Virus record (IMG/VR): IMGVR_UViG_3300037487_000581
Location: 4,993 to 68,992 of that record
Strand: one strand, 5' to 3'
Origin: a virus
Length of the DNA stretch: 64,000 nucleotides
The notes beneath the pieces were generated by a model, which saw nothing but the letters and a program-made list of their open reading frames with translations, was not told the origin of the DNA and did no database searches. The translations under genes and the position numbers were made by a program. Each line of letters begins with the position of its first letter. Position 1 is the stretch's first letter. This document shows, piece by piece, positions 55,687 through 64,000 of the stretch.

Positions 55687-58367
55687 CCGATATCAATCTC
55701 AGAACGAGAACCAATTACGTCACCATTCTCATCTCGTATCGCCGTGGCTTTACGTGGTGCGCGTGTTGATTCAATTGTTGATTGAAGACCTTGCATGATC
55801 GCCATTAAAGGTTCGTTAAGATCAGGTTTAGGTTGTTCTGGAACAACCGTAGATAACTGCGCTTGTGCTATTTTAGCAGCTTCTATTTGCAATTTGGTAG
55901 CATTATCTTCGCGATTTTTCCACATCTCAATTTTAGCGTCAAGCATGGCTTCTTCACGAAGCTGTTGAACGCGATCGATAGCCGCCTTTGACTGAGATTC
56001 GTTCTCAGTAATACGACTCATCACTTCTGCCTTAGTTCTTTCCATTTCAGCAGATAACTTGGTCATCTCACGTTCATGTTTCAAACGATCTTCTTCGGCA
56101 CGACGCTCTGTTTCAACTTGCTGCGCTTCGGTCATCAAACGAGTAGACATAATGGTCGGATCAGGATTCATCCAATCCATGTTCTGTTTGACGAACAATG
56201 TCACTTGATTTATGACTTTACTAACTTCTTGAGCAACCATCGCGTCTTCTTCAACCATTTGGTTGGAAACATACGCCATCGCTTGCAAATTAGGTGGTGG
56301 AGGTTGCTGCGGCATACCATTGGTTGCCTGCGGTGCCGGGAGTTGCTGTTGTTGCGGCTGGCTTGCGTCTAACATGCGTTTGGCAAAGTGCAAACCCAAA
56401 TGTTCCTTTAAATGGTCCATAACTTTCATAGTTATAGGAACCATAATTGGATTCATGCCATACATCGGGTTTTTAAGATAACTGATATGAGTCACGATGT
56501 GACTGATATGATCTTGTTGAATATCAGTTATCACAGGTTTACCGGTTATGAAACCGACCATCTCCATCGCAGGGTCAGTTGGTTGAGGTTGTTGAGGTTG
56601 AGGAAGGAAACGCTCAACATCGTTAACCTTCATCAAACGCAACATCGAACGGTGAAGTTCAATCTTGTTATACTTGACTTCAGGATCGCTAGACGCCAGT
56701 TGTAGAACACCTTGCATTTGAGCAAAACGTTGAGCTTCGCTAAATATGCGCGGGTCACTTACTGGATTGACACCTTTCATCGAAACAGTCTGTGCATCCA
56801 GACCATATTCTTGAAGTTTGGCTTGACCGTAGGTCTTTAACAGCCGCAGTACGATTTCAAACTTCTTAGCTTGGCTAAAGTGAAGCCTGCTGTGGATGCT
56901 GGAGAAAATCACAGCACCTTGTTCAATCAACGCTTGAACAGTTCCGACAGGGGTATTTGCAGTGGCGTCAGCTATCTTTTCACTTGCTGTGCTAACGACA
57001 CCCTTTGCAGCGTCTGTCAACCAACCAAGAAGTTGGAATAGAACTGGGGACGGTGCGTTAAACGGCATCGGCATGATGTATTTACGAATATCATCTATAC
57101 CCGCCGGACCTTCAATTTCAGCTATCTGAGTAACTTGAACAGACTTTGTCTGCCCATTGATACGCGCGCCTTTCAGTTTTAGGAGAGTAGGTGCATTATT
57201 GATATGAGCACTGTCAAGAAGAGCGCGAAGAGAGCCAGTAGCAGCAGCGGAAAGCCCACCAATAAGATGCGGGAGACCGATTCCATACGCCCCCATCCAA
57301 TAGATAAATACGTCTTCAACAATCCAATCCAATTTCTGAAAACTTTGATCATTTTGATCCCAATTGCGACGTATGGATAGGACGTTTTGCTCGTATTCAT
57401 CAACTGTGACGATATATGGAACACGTTCACCGTTTGAGAATTCGTCTTCTTCTATTTCGAGCTCGGTATAGATCTCATAAACCACCCTAACACCGTCTTC
57501 ATTGAAGCCAGACTCGGTTTTACCTTCAATTTTCTCATTTGCACGAGCAGAAGCCGATTTATCAGGGAAACTAGAAACATCGAGCGACGAATTTAGGTCG
57601 CGATAAACACCTGTTTTGACTCGTGACTCATAATCATATTTATTTGGATACTGACGATGCGTAACACGGTCGGCATCATAGAAATTTGTCGCACTGAATG
57701 GAATGAAAATGTTGTCAATTGGAACAAATTCAGCACAAATACGATTTTTCTTCGTGCTCCAGAACAATTTCATGAATTGACTACCGCCCAACGGGAGCTG
57801 AGTCAGTAGTTTTTCAGTTTCACCACGATATTCGGCAATTTCTTTGGTAAACTGGTCATTAAGACACATCGAAGTTGCTTTGATCGCCTTTTCTTGCTCA
57901 GGATCGACCAAACCTTCTGTTTCCATTTTGACAGGACCACCTGCCGGAAACAGTTCCTTAATAGCACGACTTGCGAAGTCTACACACGACTCAGCCAGAA
58001 CAGGGTGAACGACCTTGGAAGCACCTGTGAATTGAGCACCGCCCGGCGCATCGTCACCTAGACCAGTACGACGGAGACCTTCTTCATACTGTTGATCACG
58101 CTTTTCACGTGCTTTTTGATCTTCTTCAACTTGCTCGATTAAATCGGTTGCAAGATCTTGAAGAAACTTTTCGCTAAGATCTTCAGCTAAATTATCATCA
58201 AATTGCTGAGGTTCTTCACTAGATTCTTCATCAGGTATGATTACCGAACCATCTTCTTGCTCTATAAACTCATCAGAAGGAGAATCTTCAATGACGTAGT
58301 CTTCCTCTTCTGCAGGAATTATCGGTTCTTCTGGCTCAAGGTAAGAAGGATCGTTGACGTGGATCAT
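55683..58367 (-). CDS. Portal protein (P22-like, long C-terminal barrel)
   Basis: 894 aa; F.GAS.VVHP.LAE, YG.GL.HLIGGL, LR.LLD and PVGT..AL.E motifs; coiled-coil C-terminus. Confidence 0.88.
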   Translation of the reverse strand: MIHVNDPSYLEPEEPIIPAEEEDYVIEDSPSDEFIEQEDGSVIIPDEESSEEPQQFDDNLAEDLSEKFLQDLATDLIEQVEEDQKAREKRDQQYEEGLRRTGLGDDAPGGAQFTGASKVVHPVLAESCVDFASRAIKELFPAGGPVKMETEGLVDPEQEKAIKATSMCLNDQFTKEIAEYRGETEKLLTQLPLGGSQFMKLFWSTKKNRICAEFVPIDNIFIPFSATNFYDADRVTHRQYPNKYDYESRVKTGVYRDLNSSLDVSSFPDKSASARANEKIEGKTESGFNEDGVRVVYEIYTELEIEEDEFSNGERVPYIVTVDEYEQNVLSIRRNWDQNDQSFQKLDWIVEDVFIYWMGAYGIGLPHLIGGLSAAATGSLRALLDSAHINNAPTLLKLKGARINGQTKSVQVTQIAEIEGPAGIDDIRKYIMPMPFNAPSPVLFQLLGWLTDAAKGVVSTASEKIADATANTPVGTVQALIEQGAVIFSSIHSRLHFSQAKKFEIVLRLLKTYGQAKLQEYGLDAQTVSMKGVNPVSDPRIFSEAQRFAQMQGVLQLASSDPEVKYNKIELHRSMLRLMKVNDVERFLPQPQQPQPTDPAMEMVGFITGKPVITDIQQDHISHIVTHISYLKNPMYGMNPIMVPITMKVMDHLKEHLGLHFAKRMLDASQPQQQQLPAPQATNGMPQQPPPPNLQAMAYVSNQMVEEDAMVAQEVSKVINQVTLFVKQNMDWMNPDPTIMSTRLMTEAQQVETERRAEEDRLKHEREMTKLSAEMERTKAEVMSRITENESQSKAAIDRVQQLREEAMLDAKIEMWKNREDNATKLQIEAAKIAQAQLSTVVPEQPKPDLNEPLMAIMQGLQSTIESTRAPRKATAIRDENGDVIGSRSEIDIG

Positions 58368-58390
58368 TTGACATTCCTATGTATTGAGCC

Positions 58391-58419
58391 AGTTTAGCAC
58401 TTGTTTGAGCAAAGTGCAA
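58391..58419 (-). promoter_or_regulatory. Late-module promoter (portal operon)
   Basis: TTGCAC-N17-TAAACT with TGn. Confidence 0.7.
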
Positions 58420-58427
58420 GGTGAGTG

Positions 58428-59522
58428 TTACCAATCCGCTGAGTTATCTAATGGAGTCCAATCTTTACCGACCCTTAGTTTTGAAATCTCATCTAACGTC
58501 AAATAGTCAGAATCAACCAGCAGTTGTTCTTCCGGTGTTAGATCTGATTTCTTGTAAAGACCGGCCATATCCAAATCACCTACATCTGACCAATTACCAG
58601 ATTTTACGAAGTCTTGGAGTTTCTCCTGAATCTTTGATTGATAATTTGGATCTTTCGCCATTAATTCTTGAACTTTTTCATGATCCCAAGAATTACCGAG
58701 CGGTTTGATTTCTGTGATTGATTGGCGTGGAGTATACTTATCCAAATCAACATCATATCCTTTTTTCTTAAGCTCTTGATCTAGTAAATAGCGATAAGAT
58801 TCATTAAAATCTTCTTCAGGTGATATGGCGTTCTCTAATTTATAATCTAATTTATCTAATAATTCCGGAGGGACACCTTGTTCTTTAGCACGATTAATCC
58901 AAGTGACTTGATCGGGGTACTCAGGGTGAGTTTTTATCGCAATCTGAGCGTGAGGATTACCAAAATTATCGAGTAGAATTTCAACTCGTGAGTCTCCTCC
59001 AGCATAATGATCACACATCCCGCCTTGCGTACACCACGCTCCACGTTTTCCAGCGTCGACAACGTATTCACGATGTTTAGGATTATTCGTTACATCTTCA
59101 GGTGCAACGAAGCGGAAACCGTCATCGTATTGTTTAGATGTTGGAATACCTTCGGCTCTTGACATTTGCTTACGAGCGGCTTCGGATTGCAATGCACGAT
59201 GTTGATTGATGCCGTGAACCTTCTTCACCGCTTCTTCCATTGTCAGCCCTTTGAACCCTTCAGGTTTCATGCGAAGGTTCATTGGGAGACCTGAATCGGG
59301 TCTTGTGGAATTCAGAAGTTCGTCGATGAGGTGTTCCCAACCGAGATTGTCTAATCGGTTAGCATAAGGTTGATAAATTTGAACATCGTCAGCGACTTTT
59401 GAAAATTCAGGATAGACTCTTGCAAAATCATCTGTGCGACTAGAACGAACACCTTTAGTTTCTGACAAAATTTTGTCGTCAGATACATCTTCCCATAAGT
59501 GACCCAATGGAGATTGTGCCAC
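58428..59522 (-). CDS. PcfJ-like / polyvalent-protein fragment
   Basis: G.WC......Y..G......L.D..G.PH..I pattern and I.EIK..N...QDFVKSG.WS.VGD; GTG start is doubtful. Confidence 0.55.
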   Translation of the reverse strand: MAQSPLGHLWEDVSDDKILSETKGVRSSRTDDFARVYPEFSKVADDVQIYQPYANRLDNLGWEHLIDELLNSTRPDSGLPMNLRMKPEGFKGLTMEEAVKKVHGINQHRALQSEAARKQMSRAEGIPTSKQYDDGFRFVAPEDVTNNPKHREYVVDAGKRGAWCTQGGMCDHYAGGDSRVEILLDNFGNPHAQIAIKTHPEYPDQVTWINRAKEQGVPPELLDKLDYKLENAISPEEDFNESYRYLLDQELKKKGYDVDLDKYTPRQSITEIKPLGNSWDHEKVQELMAKDPNYQSKIQEKLQDFVKSGNWSDVGDLDMAGLYKKSDLTPEEQLLVDSDYLTLDEISKLRVGKDWTPLDNSADW

Positions 59523-59728
59523 CCCTTCTTGTCATCAAGAAGTTCTGGTGATTGACCAAACAATAGGTCTCCGAATGAATTCCCGGCGCCATATTTATTC
59601 CAAGGGGAATCGATTTTACCGAGTTTCTTTGTCTCGTACTTATTTAAAAAGTCCTTAACCATTTTTGCAAAATCGGCCTGCGGGGCAATTAGCGGATTAC
59701 GATCAGGTGCACGTAGGTAATCGGTCAT
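59351..59728 (-). CDS. Hypothetical protein overlapping the next ORF by 172 nt (possible frameshifted N-terminus)
   Basis: ATGA-coupled start; see findings. Confidence 0.45.
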   Translation of the reverse strand: MTDYLRAPDRNPLIAPQADFAKMVKDFLNKYETKKLGKIDSPWNKYGAGNSFGDLLFGQSPELLDDKKGWHNLHWVTYGKMYLTTKFCQKLKVFVLVAQMILQESILNFQKSLTMFKFINLMLTD

Positions 59729-60561
59729 AGCATACCTTCTATTTTGTTCTGGACGTAACCTTCTTTTTCTAAATCGTACTTATAGATGCGATTTAGAATA
59801 TCTTCCAATTCGTTCGGAGCACCTTTTTCAGGAAGCTCAACCATCGACGGTTTATAAGTTTCAACTGGATAGAGTTTCTTAAACTTATCTAGAATCGCTT
59901 GAGCCTTTGGAGGTAACTTGGCATAATCGTAATTTTCAGATAATTCTGAAGTTTGATCTATACCGAGATCTTTCATTATGTTAGTCATAGACTCATCTGA
60001 ATATGTCCCATTACCGCCGATAATGGTTATTTCCATCGGGTCACGTTTAACCGGACCCTTCGCCATTTCGATCAAATGGTCTGACATGCCTAATTTCTCA
60101 AGTGCGTCTTTTATCTTAAGATAATGCGCCCGTGCTTGTTCTGTGTACGGACGTCTTCCTTTTATCATTTCCGTACCCGCACCAGGGCCTTCGGTGTAGA
60201 GGGTGCTGAGTTCTTTTAGGTTCTTCGGCTTGTAATCATCTGTCAAAAGACGATAATACGCTGCCCCACCCATAAGATTCTGTTCAGGATCAAACGGTTG
60301 TGTTACCCCTGTATCCTTCCTTGTCGCACCACCTAGTTGCATCAAACCCATCGGACCGGTGGGTGATTTGGCAAGGTAATCTAAACCAGATTCTTTAAGA
60401 GCGGCAGCAGGGACTAGATTCTTGGGTAGACCAAATAGATCATTGAAGTGTTTCGCTAATGCAATGATCTCATCTGCCCCATGTGGTGCGCGAGCATTAT
60501 TGGGTAACAGGTTATCGTAAGTCGGTTTACGAACGATAGAGATCGGTTTCTTCTTAGCCAT
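59725..60561 (-). CDS. Lytic transglycosylase (SLT) domain protein
   Basis: A..ES, A.SP.G.MGLMQL and DPEQN..GGA.Y motifs. Confidence 0.85.
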   Translation of the reverse strand: MAKKKPISIVRKPTYDNLLPNNARAPHGADEIIALAKHFNDLFGLPKNLVPAAALKESGLDYLAKSPTGPMGLMQLGGATRKDTGVTQPFDPEQNLMGGAAYYRLLTDDYKPKNLKELSTLYTEGPGAGTEMIKGRRPYTEQARAHYLKIKDALEKLGMSDHLIEMAKGPVKRDPMEITIIGGNGTYSDESMTNIMKDLGIDQTSELSENYDYAKLPPKAQAILDKFKKLYPVETYKPSMVELPEKGAPNELEDILNRIYKYDLEKEGYVQNKIEGML

Positions 60562-60562
60562 A

Positions 60563-60946
60563 TCAATAACCCTGAGCTGTGTCGCGGTGGGAACGATTCA
60601 ACTTTTTCAACAGATTTGAATTTTTGATTTGTTGAATATAGTCAATGAACTCTTGATCTGTTTTAAAATTTGGACCTTGATCTATACCAAATTGAGTATT
60701 ATAATCATCCATCCGGCGCTCGGTATGAGGTTGACCAAGACCAAGAATCGCTTCGTTGAGCCAATGAGCTGTTTCAGCAGCGTCGGGTGATATACGACGT
60801 GAGATCAATCCACCTGCAATTGCGTGTCGTGCGGCATCGCCGACACCATTTGAAACATAACCCGGCATCTTTTCAGTCAGACGCTCAGCTTCATTCTTAG
60901 CATCCCACGCCTTGCCAAAATTCATTATCAGTTCCAATGGTCCCAT
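60563..60946 (-). CDS. Hypothetical protein (DA.RH...E...MD..N motif)
   Basis: 127 aa; GDAARHA and RMDDYN motifs. Confidence 0.6.
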   Translation of the reverse strand: MGPLELIMNFGKAWDAKNEAERLTEKMPGYVSNGVGDAARHAIAGGLISRRISPDAAETAHWLNEAILGLGQPHTERRMDDYNTQFGIDQGPNFKTDQEFIDYIQQIKNSNLLKKLNRSHRDTAQGY

Positions 60947-61045
60947 ATTGCGCCCGCTGAGTGTTTACCGCAGTATGGGCCATATTTGCGAGGTTGTAAA
61001 CCTAACCAATGAGCGAGGTTTACAAGAGAAGATGAATTTCTCTTG

Positions 61046-62743
61046 TTACACACTATAAGGATTCTCGTACCCTTCTCCCCACGTCTCGTCCTCTTCTTCG
61101 TCCTTAGCTCTTTCTGGATCAATTGACACCCAACCTTGATCACGTAACAAACTGAGCCCTTGGCTGAGCGTGTCAACATATTCGTCATGAGGGCTATTTG
61201 GGAAGCTGCAAACCTCGCGTAAGAAGTCTTCTGACCACGTAACAAATTCTCCTGGAACCTGTTTTGACTCTGGGATATAGACTCGTCCGTTGTAAACCAA
61301 ATGACTGACCGCGTGGAGGCGCATCGTCTTGTCAGGTCTTCCAGGATTATATTTCCTTATCGGCAATCCTGCGCGTTGCAAATCTTGAATCAATGGGATA
61401 CCAGAACCCTTGTCCTCGATCAATAGGATATCAACCGGAGCTTCCTGATCGCCGTAAGTATTCTTATAATCCTCTTGAGCCTTTTTGCGTAGCTCTGGAT
61501 ACTTCAAATGATCTGTCCAACAATCAAGAACCATCGCGCAGTGAGGCGAGTCCTGATCAGGGCGGAAGATGCCTAATACGAGACAACCTGTAGGATCGTT
61601 TTCTGTGTGTTCTGTGAAAGCGGTATCGTAGCTTTGTATGACATATTCAAAGAACGGCATATCTTTATTAGCGGGCCATCTCTTGAACCAAGACCTCTTC
61701 AAGATACCAGATTCCTCGATATCGATCAGTTCGGCATAGATCTCCTGTCGACCTAGATTCGTCCCTTCGTACTGGGTGATCTGGCGCATGAATGGCGCAG
61801 CCAAATTCGTGCGATTCTCGTAAGTACTTCCGGTGGTGATAATGATCTTGTTAACCGGATGCCTTGCCAATTTCACCAATTGCTGGATCAATGGAGTGGG
61901 CTTCGGAGTCGTGGTCACAACGCATCGTGGATTGACACCGAGACGCAAACAGAATTGCAACATATCCCATGTCATCTGTTGCGTGTTTATATCATAACCC
62001 GCAATCTCATCAACCCATGCAAAATCAAACTGAGGTCCGCGAAGGCGTTCTGGCTCTTCGGCTGAGAATAGAGACGCTTGAGCACCACTCGGCCAAGTGA
62101 CGCGGCGTTTTGTTGATTCGTACAAGGGTTTATTCCATGGAGGGCAAACGGGAACTAGACCTGACTGACCCTCAACAGCAACGTCTCGAGCATCGCTGGC
62201 AGTCGGGCTGATGACTGCGATGCGCTTCGCTTGACCTGTTTCAACCATTTCTCTTGCGAGTTCAGCGCCGACTCTTGTTTTACCAAATCCTCGCCCTGCC
62301 AATAGAACCCATGTCTGCCAACCATTACGGAATTGACAAACCTTATCTTGGGCATCGGAAGTTCTTATCCAAACTTCGGGCTTTAAATGAGGAACAAGTT
62401 TCCACCCATCTTCATTTGGGATTTCATGGCGGATATCAATATTATCGTTGTTATGACTATGACATCCCGGAAAGCTCTCCAAGGCAAGTTTAGACATTGT
62501 CTTACTCTGTGCTTGGAGATAAGCGCACATGCAATAAGATGTGGATTTCGACTTCTCATGATCGGGAGCCAATTGCTTCGGTCGACCATTGAACTCCCAA
62601 CTGAATTGTAAACGTGACGCATCTTCATCAGACATGACACGAATCATGTCTGCGCGCTTCTGAGCAGGGAGAAGATCAAATTTCTCTCTTGCGCTCAGAT
62701 ATTCTGTCGACGGTTTGTCTGTTGACTTGAGAACGTCAGTCAT
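61046..62743 (-). CDS. terL: Terminase large subunit
   Basis: AGRGFGKT Walker A, PERLRGPQF, WVDE Walker B, TTTP; nuclease DTA and FP...HDE.VD motifs. Confidence 0.95.
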   Translation of the reverse strand: MTDVLKSTDKPSTEYLSAREKFDLLPAQKRADMIRVMSDEDASRLQFSWEFNGRPKQLAPDHEKSKSTSYCMCAYLQAQSKTMSKLALESFPGCHSHNNDNIDIRHEIPNEDGWKLVPHLKPEVWIRTSDAQDKVCQFRNGWQTWVLLAGRGFGKTRVGAELAREMVETGQAKRIAVISPTASDARDVAVEGQSGLVPVCPPWNKPLYESTKRRVTWPSGAQASLFSAEEPERLRGPQFDFAWVDEIAGYDINTQQMTWDMLQFCLRLGVNPRCVVTTTPKPTPLIQQLVKLARHPVNKIIITTGSTYENRTNLAAPFMRQITQYEGTNLGRQEIYAELIDIEESGILKRSWFKRWPANKDMPFFEYVIQSYDTAFTEHTENDPTGCLVLGIFRPDQDSPHCAMVLDCWTDHLKYPELRKKAQEDYKNTYGDQEAPVDILLIEDKGSGIPLIQDLQRAGLPIRKYNPGRPDKTMRLHAVSHLVYNGRVYIPESKQVPGEFVTWSEDFLREVCSFPNSPHDEYVDTLSQGLSLLRDQGWVSIDPERAKDEEEDETWGEGYENPYSV

Positions 62744-62798
62744 GGCATGGAGGTGATCATGACAACGATTATGATGATAAACATGAGTTCAAACAGTG

Positions 62799-63389
62799 TC
62801 ATTTCTTTTCTTCGTCGAACGTAATGTCAGTTATCTCAGCTTCAATGGCATCGAGGAACCGCTGTTTCGTCTCCTTGAATTCTATCGGCCCGCCGTTTGC
62901 ACCAGTGACCTCGTTGACCTTGACTTCCTTCCATCCGGCACGTCGGCTGAGCCAAAATTTGACCATATCCGTATCGCCGCTCAGAGCGCTTTGCAAAGCA
63001 ATCTTGGCGACGCGTTGATTGATTCGCCCTTGAGCGGTCTCAATCTCATAGGCATAGTACTTCTCAAGGAGTTTGGGTTCAATTCTTAGAATGGCAGCGA
63101 CATCGGTCGTGGACGCACCGAGGGCAATCATTTGTTCTACTTGTGTTGCTTGGGCAAATCCTGGATCAAATCCTGGACTTCCTTTAACGTTTGCTTGACG
63201 AATGAAAGTCTCACTGATCTGTTTAGACCATTCGGGCAATGTGTAGTCTTGTTCTAGTAACGCGAGCTCACGTTCTCTATCTGACCCAACAATGAATCTG
63301 GGTTGTGTTTTCGGTACAAAATCATCTTCTAGTTCAAAAGGATTGACCTTGTCTTCATCTTCGTTACGCTTTCTTTTGGGCCGTGCCAT
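62799..63389 (-). CDS. terS: Terminase small subunit (putative)
   Basis: HTH (IA..L.I...L.KYY..E), A..GD.....FWL..RAGW and EVTGANGGPI motifs; upstream of terL. Confidence 0.75.
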   Translation of the reverse strand: MARPKRKRNEDEDKVNPFELEDDFVPKTQPRFIVGSDRERELALLEQDYTLPEWSKQISETFIRQANVKGSPGFDPGFAQATQVEQMIALGASTTDVAAILRIEPKLLEKYYAYEIETAQGRINQRVAKIALQSALSGDTDMVKFWLSRRAGWKEVKVNEVTGANGGPIEFKETKQRFLDAIEAEITDITFDEEKK

Positions 63390-63873
63390 GTTATCTATCC
63401 TTAAAGTCATTCGACTTCCAGATTTCATTGTAACTCATTTTTAAATTTTTGTAAAATTTTTCATGACTCGTTTTGATAGGCGTGGACGATTGCTTAAAAT
63501 TTAAGCACATTTCTCATCACCGATTTTTGCAACCACTGCAGCCCAGTAGGAGTAAGGGAGGCTGCTGGTGGGACCCATCGGCTTTAAACCTAGGTCGTAT
63601 GCCCCTCATGCTTAATTTGTAGGCAGTAGTAAAGGGGCTCATCAGGTGCACCAGTACATATGTACTATGCCCCTGTCATTGGCACGCCGCTTGCTATAGG
63701 CATAGGCCATGCCACCATTGGCGTTATGGTACACACGTACTATGTAACATATGTTGCACTATGCAACATGGGGCTAGAGCGGGCTATAACATAGCGTAAG
63801 CGCACGCAATATGCTGGCCTATGCTATGCCATACCCTTGCTTGTTTGCGTGCACGCTTGGCCCATTGCCGTTG

Positions 63874-63923
<50 letters not shown>

Positions 63924-63968
63924 CAACATAACGTCATAACTAATTATATAGTTATGTTAGGGTAAATA

Positions 63969-63994
63969 AAAAGCCGGGCAATTGCCCGGCTTTT
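63969..63994. terminator. Bidirectional Rho-independent terminator
   Basis: AAAA-GCCGGGC-AATT-GCCCGGC-TTTT perfect palindrome. Confidence 0.75.
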
Positions 63995-64000
63995 ATGTTA

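Noticed and set aside
62324-62560. Intein in terL
   Set aside because: Too short, and no C/S start with an HN-(C/S/T) end at the boundaries; the one HN is followed by N.
138-63089. All plus-strand ORFs in the track (e.g. 25378-25968, 34760-35293, 38510-39106, 46482-47015)
   Set aside because: They are antisense shadows of well-supported minus-strand genes and carry no recognisable motifs.
63564-63571. GCTGGTGG Chi octamer
   Set aside because: A single 8-mer is expected by chance in 64 kb, and the host's Chi sequence is unknown.

Overview
The window is most or all of a tailed dsDNA phage genome, probably podovirus-like, with essentially every real gene on the minus strand. The host is Gram-negative (embedded Rz/Rz1 spanins); a proteobacterium is plausible but inferred. 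In transcription order (right to left) it carries: terS and terL, SLT and PcfJ-like proteins, portal, lysis cassette, accessory virion genes, GroES-like chaperonin, scaffold, major capsid, head spike, adaptors, tail fibre and nozzle, and ejection proteins. Next comes a replication module (SNF2 helicase, SSB, primase, UvrD helicase, exonuclease). A thymidine-hypermodification cluster surrounds a family B polymerase: 5-hmdU DNA kinase/aGPT-Pplase1-like protein, dUMP hydroxymethylase, DUF3310, glycosyltransferase and FkbM methyltransferase, with dUTPase, ligase and dCMP deaminase further on. An early region of small ORFs ends the window. Main observations: (1) an integrase-less array of integron attC-type sites at the left end, with the phage genes antisense to normal cassette polarity; (2) a hmU pathway with kinase, glycosyltransferase and methyltransferase but no recognisable amino-acid transferase; (3) a ~420-nt multi-stem non-coding element upstream of the SSB gene; (4) a family of stem-loop promoters that bound gene blocks; (5) a chimeric endolysin/head-spike-base gene. 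No integrase, tRNA, rRNA or CRISPR array was recognised. All family assignments are from motif recognition by eye, not database searches.
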